Source: a virus
Taxonomy: Duplodnaviria > Heunggongvirae > Uroviricota > Caudoviricetes
Length of the DNA stretch: 64,000 bases
Strand: one strand, 5' to 3'
Virus record (IMG/VR): IMGVR_UViG_3300030339_000005
The notes under the pieces are model-generated. The model did no database searches. It saw nothing but the letters and a program-made list of their open reading frames with translations, and was not told the origin of the DNA. The first letter of the stretch is position 1; each line of letters opens with the position of its first letter. The translations under genes and the position numbers were made by a program. Below, in pieces: positions 9,858 to 20,634 of the stretch.

Positions 9858-10160
9858 ATGAATAAAGAAGAATTTGTTAAGTTATTAGCAACCTACGAGA
9901 AATGTTTAACTAACATTCATGAGTTGTATAATGTCGGTGTTGATGTTACTGAGTCTAAATATGCCCTCCCAATTGAACCTATAGTGGACATTATTCTAGG
10001 TTCGATCTATGACGAAAATGGTGTAGATTGGATTAATTGGTTTATTTATGAAACCAATTTTGGTAAACGAGCTGAAATGGAAGCTCATGACGAATATGGT
10101 GCTCGTATTTGTCAAACAGTTGAAGCTTTGTATGATTTTGTAGAGCAATATAAAAAGTAA
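9858..10160 (+). CDS. Hypothetical protein
   Basis: DWINWFIYETNFG motif; TAATG-coupled to the next gene. Confidence 0.7.
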   Translation: MNKEEFVKLLATYEKCLTNIHELYNVGVDVTESKYALPIEPIVDIILGSIYDENGVDWINWFIYETNFGKRAEMEAHDEYGARICQTVEALYDFVEQYKK

Positions 10161-10576
10161 TGAAGAAACTTATTTGTACAAATGATGGTCGCAATTACAC
10201 TTGTGACCACGACACATTAAATCCTTTAGTTTCTTGTGGGGCTTGCTCATATCTTAAACAATATGAGGAACAAGCTCCACAGATAGATGGGGGAGCATTA
10301 AGATATAACGCTGGTAAGCGTAAATGGGATTTAGTACACTATAAATCTCTTGAGCCGATGATTGAAGTTTTGGAGTTTGGTGCTCTAAAGTATGCTCCAA
10401 GAAATTGGCAAAAGTCAATGAATACAAGAGAGATTTTGAATTCAATGCAAAGACATCTTGCAGCTTTAATGGATGGTGAAGAAGTAGATGCTGATTCTGA
10501 AATTTCCCATATGGGACATATTCAGGCAAACGCTATGTTTTATAATTATCACCATGAAAGGAAAGGCGAAGTTTAA
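10160..10576 (+). CDS. DUF5664 dATP/dGTP diphosphohydrolase-like protein
   Basis: RYNAGKRKWDL...EVLEFGALKYAPRNWQK...SMQRHL...GEEVDADS...HMGHIQANAMF. Confidence 0.85.
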   Translation: MKKLICTNDGRNYTCDHDTLNPLVSCGACSYLKQYEEQAPQIDGGALRYNAGKRKWDLVHYKSLEPMIEVLEFGALKYAPRNWQKSMNTREILNSMQRHLAALMDGEEVDADSEISHMGHIQANAMFYNYHHERKGEV

Positions 10577-10739
10577 GCTTGTTGCAGGCGATCCTGTTTT
10601 ATTATGTTCTAAATGTAGTAAAATTATAAAGTACGCAAAGTACTTTTCAGAAGAAGACTGGCAAGCGTATAAAGGAGAGATTAAGCTCTCTCCACAGATT
10701 TGTGATGAATGTTTAGAAAAAGAACTAGATTATGAGTGA
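10554..10739 (+). CDS. Small Zn-binding hypothetical protein
   Basis: LLCSKCSKIIK...CDEC; ends TGA TAA. Confidence 0.65.
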   Translation: MKGKAKFKLVAGDPVLLCSKCSKIIKYAKYFSEEDWQAYKGEIKLSPQICDECLEKELDYE

Positions 10740-10977
10740 TAAGCACAAAGAATCAATATTACCAATCGACTGGTTTGGTTGGGGTGGAAGATTTCCGCAA
10801 TTTTATTTTTACTCAGTAACTTTTACTGAAGACTTTGGTGTTTTCAAGAAAGGTGATGAGTGTACAGATTTAAAAGTGAATTATGAAGAAGGAGTCGTTG
10901 AAGAAATGCTAGATGGTGTTTTAGGGCGAACTCAAAAATTCAGATGTTTTCCAATTCCGGATGATAAAATTGACTAA
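10732..10977 (+). CDS. Hypothetical protein
   Basis: 81 aa, TAA stop; last gene of the + strand block. Confidence 0.65.
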   Translation: MSDKHKESILPIDWFGWGGRFPQFYFYSVTFTEDFGVFKKGDECTDLKVNYEEGVVEEMLDGVLGRTQKFRCFPIPDDKID

Positions 10978-10984
10978 AAATTTT

Positions 10985-11206
10985 AATGTAGATACGCTTT
11001 AGAATCCCTGAGTGGCATTTTCTATGCTGTAGTGGAGACTTATATATTTCTTATCTTGAAAGTCCAAGGTTGGTCTTAAAATGAGTCAAGTGTATTTTAC
11101 ATTAAAGTAACAGTTTGGTCATGGCAAATTCTTATTGCGAAGGAATTTCAATAAGGATTTCGTAGTCATTGGGACTGCCGTTTATAGAAATGTCTGTAAA
11201 CAATTT
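10985..11206 (+). ncRNA. Candidate structured non-coding RNA or leader
   Basis: No convincing ORF. Consecutive hairpins: GCAT/ATGC, GACTT/AAGTC, AGTGTA/TACATT, ATTCTTATTG/CAATAAGGAT, GTAGTC/GACTGC, GTTTATAGA/TCTGTAAAC. Several contain G-U pairs that work only on the + strand. Confidence 0.5.
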
Positions 11207-11248
11207 AGGGGAACTACGATGTGAATCGTGGTTCCCCTTATTTTTTTC
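11207..11248 (+). terminator. Intrinsic terminator closing the early block and RNA candidate
   Basis: AGGGGAACTACGAT-GTGA-ATCGTGGTTCCCCT, 14 bp with a GNRA loop, followed by a T7 tract. Confidence 0.9.
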
Positions 11249-11281
11249 ATTCATTATATAAGTTATTTCCAATAATACTAT

Positions 11282-11289
11282 TACTTTTG
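11282..11289 (+). promoter_or_regulatory. Possible Bacteroidota sigma70-type -7 element
   Basis: TACTTTTG fits TAnnTTTG, 26 nt upstream of ATG 11316; no clear -33 TTTG. Confidence 0.4.
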
Positions 11290-11315
11290 TAAGTAACTGT
11301 AAAATCACTATAACT

Positions 11316-12002
11316 ATGGATGACTCAAAATTCGCTACTTTTAAACCTATAATAAATCAAGTATCTCAAGATAGAAATGAAATGGCTGCATATTATGCAG
11401 CTAATAATCTAACTCCTGATAATGATTATTTATCTAGATATCTTTCTGGAATTACGCCTACTATACCTGCGGTTCAGACAGCACAGAAAATATCTCCTGT
11501 GCCTCAAGTTCAAAGTATTAGAGACTTGCTTAATCAAGCAATAGCAAAACGAGTTGCTGTAAATCCACCAATTGCAGCTAATGTAGAAAATGTTGCTTTA
11601 GATGATAGACCTAAAGAAGCTATGAATTTCTTTATAAGAAAAGGTCTTAAAAAAGAATGAGCTGCTGGAATTGCTGGAAATTTATATCATGAATCTGGAT
11701 TTGATACTACTGTTCCTGGAGATCATGGATCTGCTTATGGGTTAGCTCAATGAAGAGGTGCTCGTAGAGAAGGTTTAAATCAATTTGCTAAAGTACATAA
11801 TACTGATCCCGCTGCTTTTGGAACTCAATTAGAATATATCTATCATGAATTACAGAATGGTGAAAAAGATGCATTTGCTGCACTTCAAAGTACAAATAAT
11901 GTAAGAGATGCTGCAAGAGCCTTTGCCTTAAAATTTGAACGGCCTAAAGTTTATAATACTGAAAGAGCTGATACAGCCGAACTTTATTATAAAAATTGAT
12001 AA
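11316..12002 (+). CDS. Phage tail lysozyme (Phage_lysozyme2-like) with in-frame TGA=Trp
   Basis: Reading through TGA 11658 and TGA 11751 gives KE-W-AAGIAGNLYHESG...YGLAQ-W-RGARR...QLEYIYHEL...FALKFERP; ends TGA TAA. Confidence 0.9.
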
Positions 12003-12048
12003 AAATAAAATAGCCCGACCACTTAATTGTGATCGGGCTATTTTTTTT
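12001..12048. terminator. Bidirectional terminator between convergent lysozyme and late operon
   Basis: AAAATAGCCCGACCAC-TTAATT-GTGATCGGGCTATTTT with an A tract on one side and a T tract on the other. Confidence 0.85.
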
Positions 12049-15000
12049 AAGATTGTTGATCTGTATCAATGAATTCAAAAGCTTTTACGTCTGTTAATAA
12101 TCGTTTGATTGTCTTATCTCCATCCATAGTATCTTTAACATCACCCATAACTTTTAAACCATAAGTTCAGAATGCAGGCTCACTTCGAAGATTACCAAAA
12201 GTATTATTCCAAAGCATAGCTTCATTAATCATTTTTTTATTTACAGCCATTGAGAATGCTTTTGTTTCAGCAGTCATACCCTCAGGATTATCTCCAAAAG
12301 CAGCTTCTAATAATAATTTAAATAAACAAAAAACTAAATACATAAGAGCTCCATCAGCTAATCCATATTTTACACGATTAAGTCTAAGTTCATCTTGTGT
12401 ATTAATATCTTCTGCAATTTCGGTAAATGATTTATGATCACATAATCCTTTATAAGTGTCTCGAATAGTTTTAGCCATTGAGAATACAACACCTTCATGA
12501 GGTAGTCCTGTTCACTCAATTAAAGGATCGCCTGTATTTTCTCTTACATGGTCAAACCCAACAATTTCTCCAGTATTTTCATCATGGATTGCTTTTCTCC
12601 ATAATTTAATTTTCTTTCCATCAACTAACTCAGTAGCTTGTCTATGTACTCCAGTAATTTTAGTAGATTCGTCTACGGGTTTACCAAATCACATATCCAT
12701 TTTACCTGGTCAGAATTGCATAAATTGAAGATATAATAATCCAAATACAGTGTAATGTCAAGAAGGAGATTGTTCTTTATCATAATATCCATATACTGTA
12801 TCAGTATAAGATTTATAACTAGATCGTTCTTTTTCAGAATAAGCTTGATCAATTAAATCCTCTTCTCCAAATTCTTTCATCTTGGCAATACGTCTTTGAT
12901 CATTAATTTCTTCTCTAATAACATCATACATTTGTTTTTGTTCATTATATTTTGTATCAGTTGCAGAAGGTAAAAAGATATACTTACCACTAGGAGCTCT
13001 ATATTGTTCTCTTACACTTAAGTAATGAGAGAATCGTTTATCCTTTCTAGGATCATATGTAATAAAACCATTCTTATCTAAAGTGTGGGCATCCATACTT
13101 TCATCATGAATCATTTTAGCAACAAATAAAGACATACGATTGTAATAATCTGGAATTGTATTACAAGCATACATATAAGGATGTAATCCCATAAATATTC
13201 CTCGACGATTTGTTTGAATCTTTCTTGCGTATGAATTTAAATCCATATTAGCAAAGGCATAGAATTTATTTAATGCTTCTATTTTATTAAATTCTAATGA
13301 CATTTGCTTATCAATGGTTAACATCATTCCTAATGCTTTTCCATAATCTGCAAATGTAAATTGATCTTTTCCAAAGAATTGAGTAGCAGCTAATGCAGCC
13401 CCTTTATACATTCCAATAGCTAACTCTTTAACTAAAATGGCAGGTCTAAAAGCAAGCATTTGTGCAGTTGTAATTTTCTTAGCAACACCGGCAGCACTAA
13501 TAATATCTGAGAATTCTTTATCAATAATTGGTCTATCATAAAAGGCCATATCAATTCTTTCTTGTATGTATGTAAGTGCCTTAGAAACATCTTTATTTTG
13601 TTTAGCTCCAGTAAGTTGAATTCATCATGCATAATCATTTAAAACTGGCAGAATATTATCAACATATTTTTTTCTAACTTTTTCTTGAATTACTCTATGT
13701 GCAATAGCATCTAAATCAATTTCAAAACTCCAATCACCACGATCTTCAATTTGTTGAGCAATATATGAAGCAGACTGCTTTCCATATATTTCATACATTT
13801 CATAATAACCTTTTGAGACTTTTTCAGCTTCATTTCGATCTTTAGGATCCAATTCTCTGCCATCAACAAAATCTCTAACATTAGCTCCAAAAGTTCTTGC
13901 TGCGCGTTTTAGACCTTTGCCTCCTTCAGCTACAACTCCTTTATATTGACTTATAGTATTAGTTCAAATTAATGGCATTCTGAAGTACTCTCCATTTTCA
14001 ATATTAAACATAATTTTATCGACTCATTTCTTTGGAGCTGTTTTTTGAATAGTTTCAATTGAAGTTGGGTCGATTTTTTCTGCTATATCATTAGGAATAT
14101 GCATTAATTGTCTTTGAATTTTAAAAAGGATGTTAGTTAAATACTTTCTTTGTGCAGGAAGCATTACATTATCTTTTTCAAAATTATATGGATTTTTAAC
14201 CTGTCATTTATTTGATAGTTTATTTCCTTCATGTAATCATAGTGGATTAAAGTGCTTACGATAATCACCTATCATTTGTTGTTCTAATTGAGTATAATGA
14301 ATATCTGCATAATACTCAGTAGTGTCTCCATGTACTTGAGAACCTAATTTATCAATTTCATGCCGCATTAAACTGATACTACCTGTAATAATTCCATTGA
14401 TTGTAAACAAATCTTTTGAAGCAATTTTATCAGGTGTTGTTGTTTTCAAACCACCAATAATACCAAGAATCTTTTCTTGTTCTTTATTGTATTCATCTAA
14501 ATTATCAGAATAGAATGCTTTTAAAACACCAAAAAAATCTTGATATTTAATAGCATAATCACGCAATCCAGTGACATCTCCTTCAGGAACAATTCCATAA
14601 CGAGTTAATATTAAGCTTTTAACTAATGCATATAAATATTCAGCCGGTCTTTTAAAGTCTACTGCCGAATTAAATGTTTTTTCACCTAAACCAAAGAGTT
14701 CTCTTAACCCTTTTTCTGCAGCTCTTAAATCTTCAAGAGGAGCGTCAAGCATATTACCTCTAATATTGGCAAAAAGATTATAAACAGATTCTTTTTCTTC
14801 AGAATCATAAGTACGTAGTACTCCATTAATAGCTTTGAAAACAACATCTTTAAATTCAGGAAGATCAGAATCTTTATTAATTCTAATTTGATAATTTTGT
14901 TTAGCAGCCACCTCTTGAAAATCACTAAATGCTTCTCGAATATTTCGTTGCTTACTTACACCTTGATCTACGTCTAAGATTACAATATCTTGAATCTTAT

Positions 15001-16726
15001 TAAGATTTAGTTTTAAATCATCATACATTTCATTGAGTACAGCAAACACTTTAAAATATTCTGCATCTAAATATGTATATTTATTATCATATTTACTTAA
15101 GAAATTATTAGCAGTAATAGCTATAGGAATGATTTGTCCAGAAGAAGTATTACGTAATAGAATAATTCCTAAACTATCTAACTCTGAAACTGATTCAATA
15201 ACTGCATATTGTCCATTAAGGTATGGTTGCAGTGCATGTCTTGCTTGTTTTTGTTGATTTTCACTTGATAATTCTAATTTATTAGCGTTTCCAGCATTAA
15301 TAGCTACTGTAATTGCACTCTTTAATTGAATGACATTTCTATTATCCTTATTATCAAGAAAGGATAAGAATTGGTCTGCAATGTCTCCAGCTTTTTTAAC
15401 TTTTTCTGCTTCAGTAAAGCTCGTAAAATTCTTAATTGCAATACGATTTGATTTAGCTGTAATTGGACTGTCTTCATCCAATGGATTTTCAGTAACAAAT
15501 TGATCTAAATCAGCTTTGTTAACAGTAAAGTAAGCTTGCTTTAGGATATCCTCAACTAATTTTTCTCTATGATATTCTCTACGAGTTGTTCTAATTTTAT
15601 ACTTTGGTAATAAAGAGACTAATGTATTAATTAATCGAAGTTCTCTATCTGGATTAGTTTCTAATTTAATAGAGTCTGGAATAAATTTATTTGCAATCTT
15701 AAACAACATACCATCATTAAAAATTAATCCAGCTTTTGGATCACCATTTCTAACTTGTTCATTACCTTTAGTCAATGCTTTAGGATCTAATTTTCCTCCT
15801 ACTAAGCTTCCAGTTTCAATTGGAATAATAGTTAAATCAGAGTGTGAAACATCAGTATATTGTCCTAATAAAGCCCTTTCAAAAGCTAATTGGTAATCAG
15901 ATTGTAATTTCTTAGCGCTGTCTCACTTTTCAAAACCTCTTTTAGAGCTTTTAATTGAATAAATATGAGGAACTCCTTCGGAAGTTACTGTAACAAAATC
16001 AATATGTCCTGAGATATGAAAAGGAGGCTCTCCTTCAGTTGTTAATAAAATATCAAACATTGGAGTTCCTCTAGTAAATATTACTTTAGAAATTTCGTCA
16101 ACAATACTATTTAATTTTGTATTTAAGTCTGTTGCTTGTTCAGCTTCAATTAAGTTCTCTGCAACAGCTTCTTTCACTGCAGTAGCTATTGTAAGTTTTG
16201 ATTGAGCTCGTGGGTCATTACTTTCAAAGTCATCAGCAATATTTCCAACTGCATTCTTAATTGCAATAATTAGTTTATTAGTTTTTTCTTCAGCTTCCAT
16301 TACTTCAAGAATATCTTTTTCATATTCTATAGATTCAGACAAAGTTGGATCTGCCTTAATTTCTGCTAAAGTCATATCTTTTAAACTATCTTCTGTATGT
16401 CCTGATTCAACCAATTTATTTACAACTGATTGATACACACGTTTTGGTGCATCATATTCAGGACTTAATCTAGAAGCTGATATACCCATAGGTTTGAGGG
16501 TTTCCTCATTTTGTTGACTAATAAATTTAGTCAATGGAATTCTTTCAAGCTTACCTATCTCATCTCTACGAACTATTTGCTTATGTATTGATTCTAAAGT
16601 AGAATCTTCAGCATTAGAACTATAGATATTAGAGTTTGCTAATGGAGTTTTTGATTTATAAAACTCCATTAGCACTCTTGCTAAAGATAGTGAATCCTGG
16701 TCGTTTACACTATATGTACATGCCAT
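12047..16726 (-). CDS. Giant cargo/ejection-type protein (about 1559 aa, code 4) with a degenerate PD-(D/E)xK-like domain
   Basis: Fragments ending at 15923, 14237, 13625, 12758 and 12167 share one frame and end in TGA; hand-read gaps are open; TAA at 12047; GHIDFVTV...PHIYSIK. Confidence 0.8.
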
Positions 16727-16733
16727 ATTATTA

Positions 16734-19700
16734 CTATTTACAATTAATTTTTATTTTCTTTTCTTTAATAGATTTTTGTAGCCAATCTCTAAAGTTAGCG
16801 TCAAAAAATATTAAATTAGCATTCTTAACATCTTTGCTAATATCTCTTTTATTAAAACCTGTAATGTCTTTTACAGATGCAGAAAGTAATCCTTCTAAAT
16901 CTTCAATGTTTAAATCATTAAATGATTCAGCACTTAAATCTTCAGACACTTCTGCTAAACCAGCCACAATACCATCAAATAATTGATTTTTAAAATCATC
17001 TTCAATATCAGCCAATCCATTGTCTAATAACTTTTGAGATAAATATGTTACTAAGTCTTCTTCAATAGTAAAGGCATCTAAGGCCTTTTCTTTAAGTTTT
17101 CCAACTCGATGCCCTTCAATAATTTTATCATATAAAGTAGGTTTGGTATATCTTAAAGACGTTAAAAATAGATGTAAGAATTCATGAACAACATCATCTT
17201 CATTTGCTTTACTATTATACATATTAATTACAATAGTAGGTTTTCCATCTACATCGGGCTCAATTCAAGCCTTTTTATTTTTATATTTCCTATATTGTTC
17301 ATCATTTGTTGTATCTCAATTTACTCTTGAGACTTCAATATCAAATAAATTTGCAAACTTATAACCTACATAGGCAGCTAATTCATCACGATCAGTTAGT
17401 GTTTTTCTGCTTGGTTTAATATCAAGATTAGCATCCAAATCTTTTTGATTTTCAGAAGTAAATGGAAGATACATTGCTTTAAATACTTTATCATTAAATG
17501 CTTTATCAATATTTAAAGATCGGCGAATTGTAATAATTTTTCCATCGTTATTAATTCCATTATATTCTAAAGTCATTATACCATTGTCTGTATTTACTAC
17601 TTTAAACATTTTATTACTAAAGTCAATATTAGCACTTCCTGCAAAAGATTTAGCAAAACAAAAATAAGTATTTGTCTTAATATAATCTCTAAATTTATTA
17701 TAATTTGGTCTAAGAATTCCACCTTTATCCTGCAAGATATACTCTTTTAAAGATTTGTTATATCTTTTAATATAACCATTATCCTTTTGTAAAAGAAATA
17801 ATTGTTTACCACGAACATTTTGAAGTTTATTTAAGTCCTTAATTAGCTCTTCAGTTACATCACTAAATTGATCTGCAATCGCATCCATACGAGGCCCTCA
17901 TCTAACACTGCCAACATCATAATTGCCAGATTTTAATAGAGTGGGACTTATATTATCATTTACAAGTTTTGGTATAACATAACGAGCAGGTACTAATTTA
18001 AAGCCATTAGCTTTATCAAGCATAAATCTATTTGTATCAATTTCATCAGCACTATTAGCTGATACTAATGTAAAATTATTAAAATCAGCCATTGTTCTTC
18101 CATCTTCTGGAGCAATATCTCTTTTAGTAATAAATAAATTAGCTTTAGAAAAATCAGCAAATTCATAACTATGTCCAACGTCTACTCCATTTTTAATTTG
18201 AAGACGAACTGCATAGTTATCCTTTTTACTAATGATTTTATATAGAGTCCCTGAATTTTCTTCTTCTCCTGGAATTACAAAGTAATCTCCGTCTTGAGCT
18301 GCTTCTGCAGTTAAGAAATAGGAAAAATTAGCATCACGAACTGATTGTTCTTTTAGATAGATATTGTCATATTCTTTAGCTACATCTTGTAACTCTTTAA
18401 TTGTTAACTCCGGTAACTTAGGAGTAAACATTTCTACAATACTTTCTCTTGGTTGTGCAATAATTTTCTTAAGTGTACGAGTTTTATCTGCATCTCTTGT
18501 TTTAACAATAATATAAACTTTATCATCAGATACAGCAGCAACTTGATTATAGAAAACGGAATCAGGATGGCCTTTGACTCTAGTTACGATTTTAACAAAA
18601 TCTTTGGGTTTAATTGGTAGATAATTCTTTCCTACTTTTTGAACGCGATCTAATGTTTCTAATAAATCACGTTTTTTACTTCATTCTTTATCTGTAAAGC
18701 TATCACTCAGTTCACTATTCAAAATAGTAAATGATTTAATATTTCTAAAGTCTACAGGAAAAGAACGACGTTTTTCAGTCTTAGAATTTAATCTAATTTC
18801 TCCAGGGAATATATCTCGAACAACACCTCAAGAATTTTCAATTGTTTTATTTTTCTTTTTATCGTAATAATCATAGCTAACAGTTGACCCACGTTTTACT
18901 AAAGTTTTAACAATATCCTCAGGTAATTTCTCCTGATCTTTAACTGTTACAATGAATTCTCCAGGAAATTGTTGCTCTAATGTTAAGGCATCTTGATGAC
19001 TATCTATATCCTCAATTGGATTTAAATTATTTAATTTTTTAAAATAGAATAAACTATCAGGAGTTAATATAATAGATTGATCTTTAGCTAATTCAGTTAT
19101 GATACCATTAGCAGACCAAAATCCAGAATCTATTCTAATTCCACCCTTTTCTCTAACAATACTTGTGGGAATCAAATTCATAGTTCAATTTGAATCTGAC
19201 CTTTTTCCTTTTTTAACTGGGCGACCATCATTCAAAGGAATGCTAATAATATCTTGATATAGTTTTACATTAGATAATGCTCAATCTTGTAGACTATTAA
19301 TATCATCTTTAGTTATTTCTTCAGCTTTATCAAAATGATAATTAATTACATTCTTATGTATAAAATTTTGAATGGATTCTTTACGTTGTTTCTTAAGAAA
19401 TTCCCTATTTTCTTGATCCTCTTTATTAAACTCTTCTAGAACTTGAGCCATTCGACTTTTAGTCCCACTTCCATACTTATCAGGACTGATATGTTTAAAT
19501 AAAGTTTGTAGTACTTTTATATGTTGATTTTTACGCTTCTGTAATTTAGTAACAAATGTTTCTTCGTCAGTTTCTTCGGGTTCATAATTAACTAATAAAT
19601 CATCAGCAACTAAGTTAATAATTTTATCAATTGCAGATTTAGTCCCAGTTTTATGAGATAACATCTTAAAGAACTCTGGATCCATATATTCACCCTCTTC

Positions 19701-20633
19701 ATTAATATAACCTAAGAAGAATTTTTTAACATCAAAATTTGTTAAATTAATTTTATTTGTATAACCTTCATTATATTCTTTAACAATACTAGATACATCT
19801 GATGCATTTAATTTTGATGAAAGATAAGTAAATATTCCTAAGAATAAAGAAAGTTCATTAGAATTATTATAAAAGAAAATTGGGGTTTTAGTAGCTTCAT
19901 CTTCAACAACAATAGTAGTATTTAAAGAACCCTTATTAAAGGTTGCATTATAAAATGATTTAGTAGATCGAACTCCATTTTTATTTGGAAATGCATAACC
20001 AATTAAATCTTTTAAAGCAGTTAAAGCATCAGAACTTTGATTAGCACCTTGCAACTTACTTATTTCAGAATTAAAAGAAGTAATCTGCTCATTAACAGAT
20101 TTAACCCCAATTAAAGAATCAACTTCAACTTTTTGAAAGTACTTTTGACTTAATGTTTTATTTAATTCAAATAATAAATCAGATATAGAAATCTTACTTT
20201 CTGTTCCCCTAGTATTTCTTTTAATAATAGTAGCATCACTACGTAATATTTTAAATAAAGCATCATTAATATTTGTAATAGTTAATTCTTCATCTATTTT
20301 AGAGTTTATTCTATTAATGAATTGTTCTGTAATAGAAGTTTCTAATTCAGGATTAATTGCACTTATAGCTGCAGAAACTTTAGGGCCTGATAAGCCTGAA
20401 TTAATATGTTCAGAGATTTGATCTTTAATTGCTTTAAGTTCTTTGTCTCTAGATTCTTCAGCAGTTGTAACAGCTTCTTCGCTTAAGTCATCTGCCGAGA
20501 GAGCCTCGTTTTTTAATGCCACATAATCCCTTAATAATCTATCTAATAGGGGAGTTTGGGCGGCTCTAGTAAGGTTAGCGGAGAATTTTACTTCTCCGCC
20601 ACCTGGTAATTTTATAATATAAAAACAATTCAT
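16734..20633 (-). CDS. Large cargo/ejection-type protein (about 1299 aa, code 4) with a C-terminal zincin HExxH
   Basis: Fragments at 19281, 18828, 17898, 17316 and 16734 are in one frame; VVHEFLHLF at 17172-17186; TAG TAA stop. Confidence 0.8.
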
Positions 20634-20634
20634 A

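Noticed and set aside
22-10529. Short - strand ORFs opposite early genes (for example 22..216, 188..520, 3366..3548, 5335..5523, 5998..6198, 6655..6879, 7502..7705, 10254..10529)
   Set aside because: Antisense shadows of well-supported genes, with no motifs.
10985-11206. Junction region as tRNA, tmRNA, RNase P RNA or a small gene
   Set aside because: No cloverleaf, T-loop GTTC or CCA end. GAAAGTCC matches only a fragment of the RNase P motif. The frames examined on both strands contain TAA/TAG stops.
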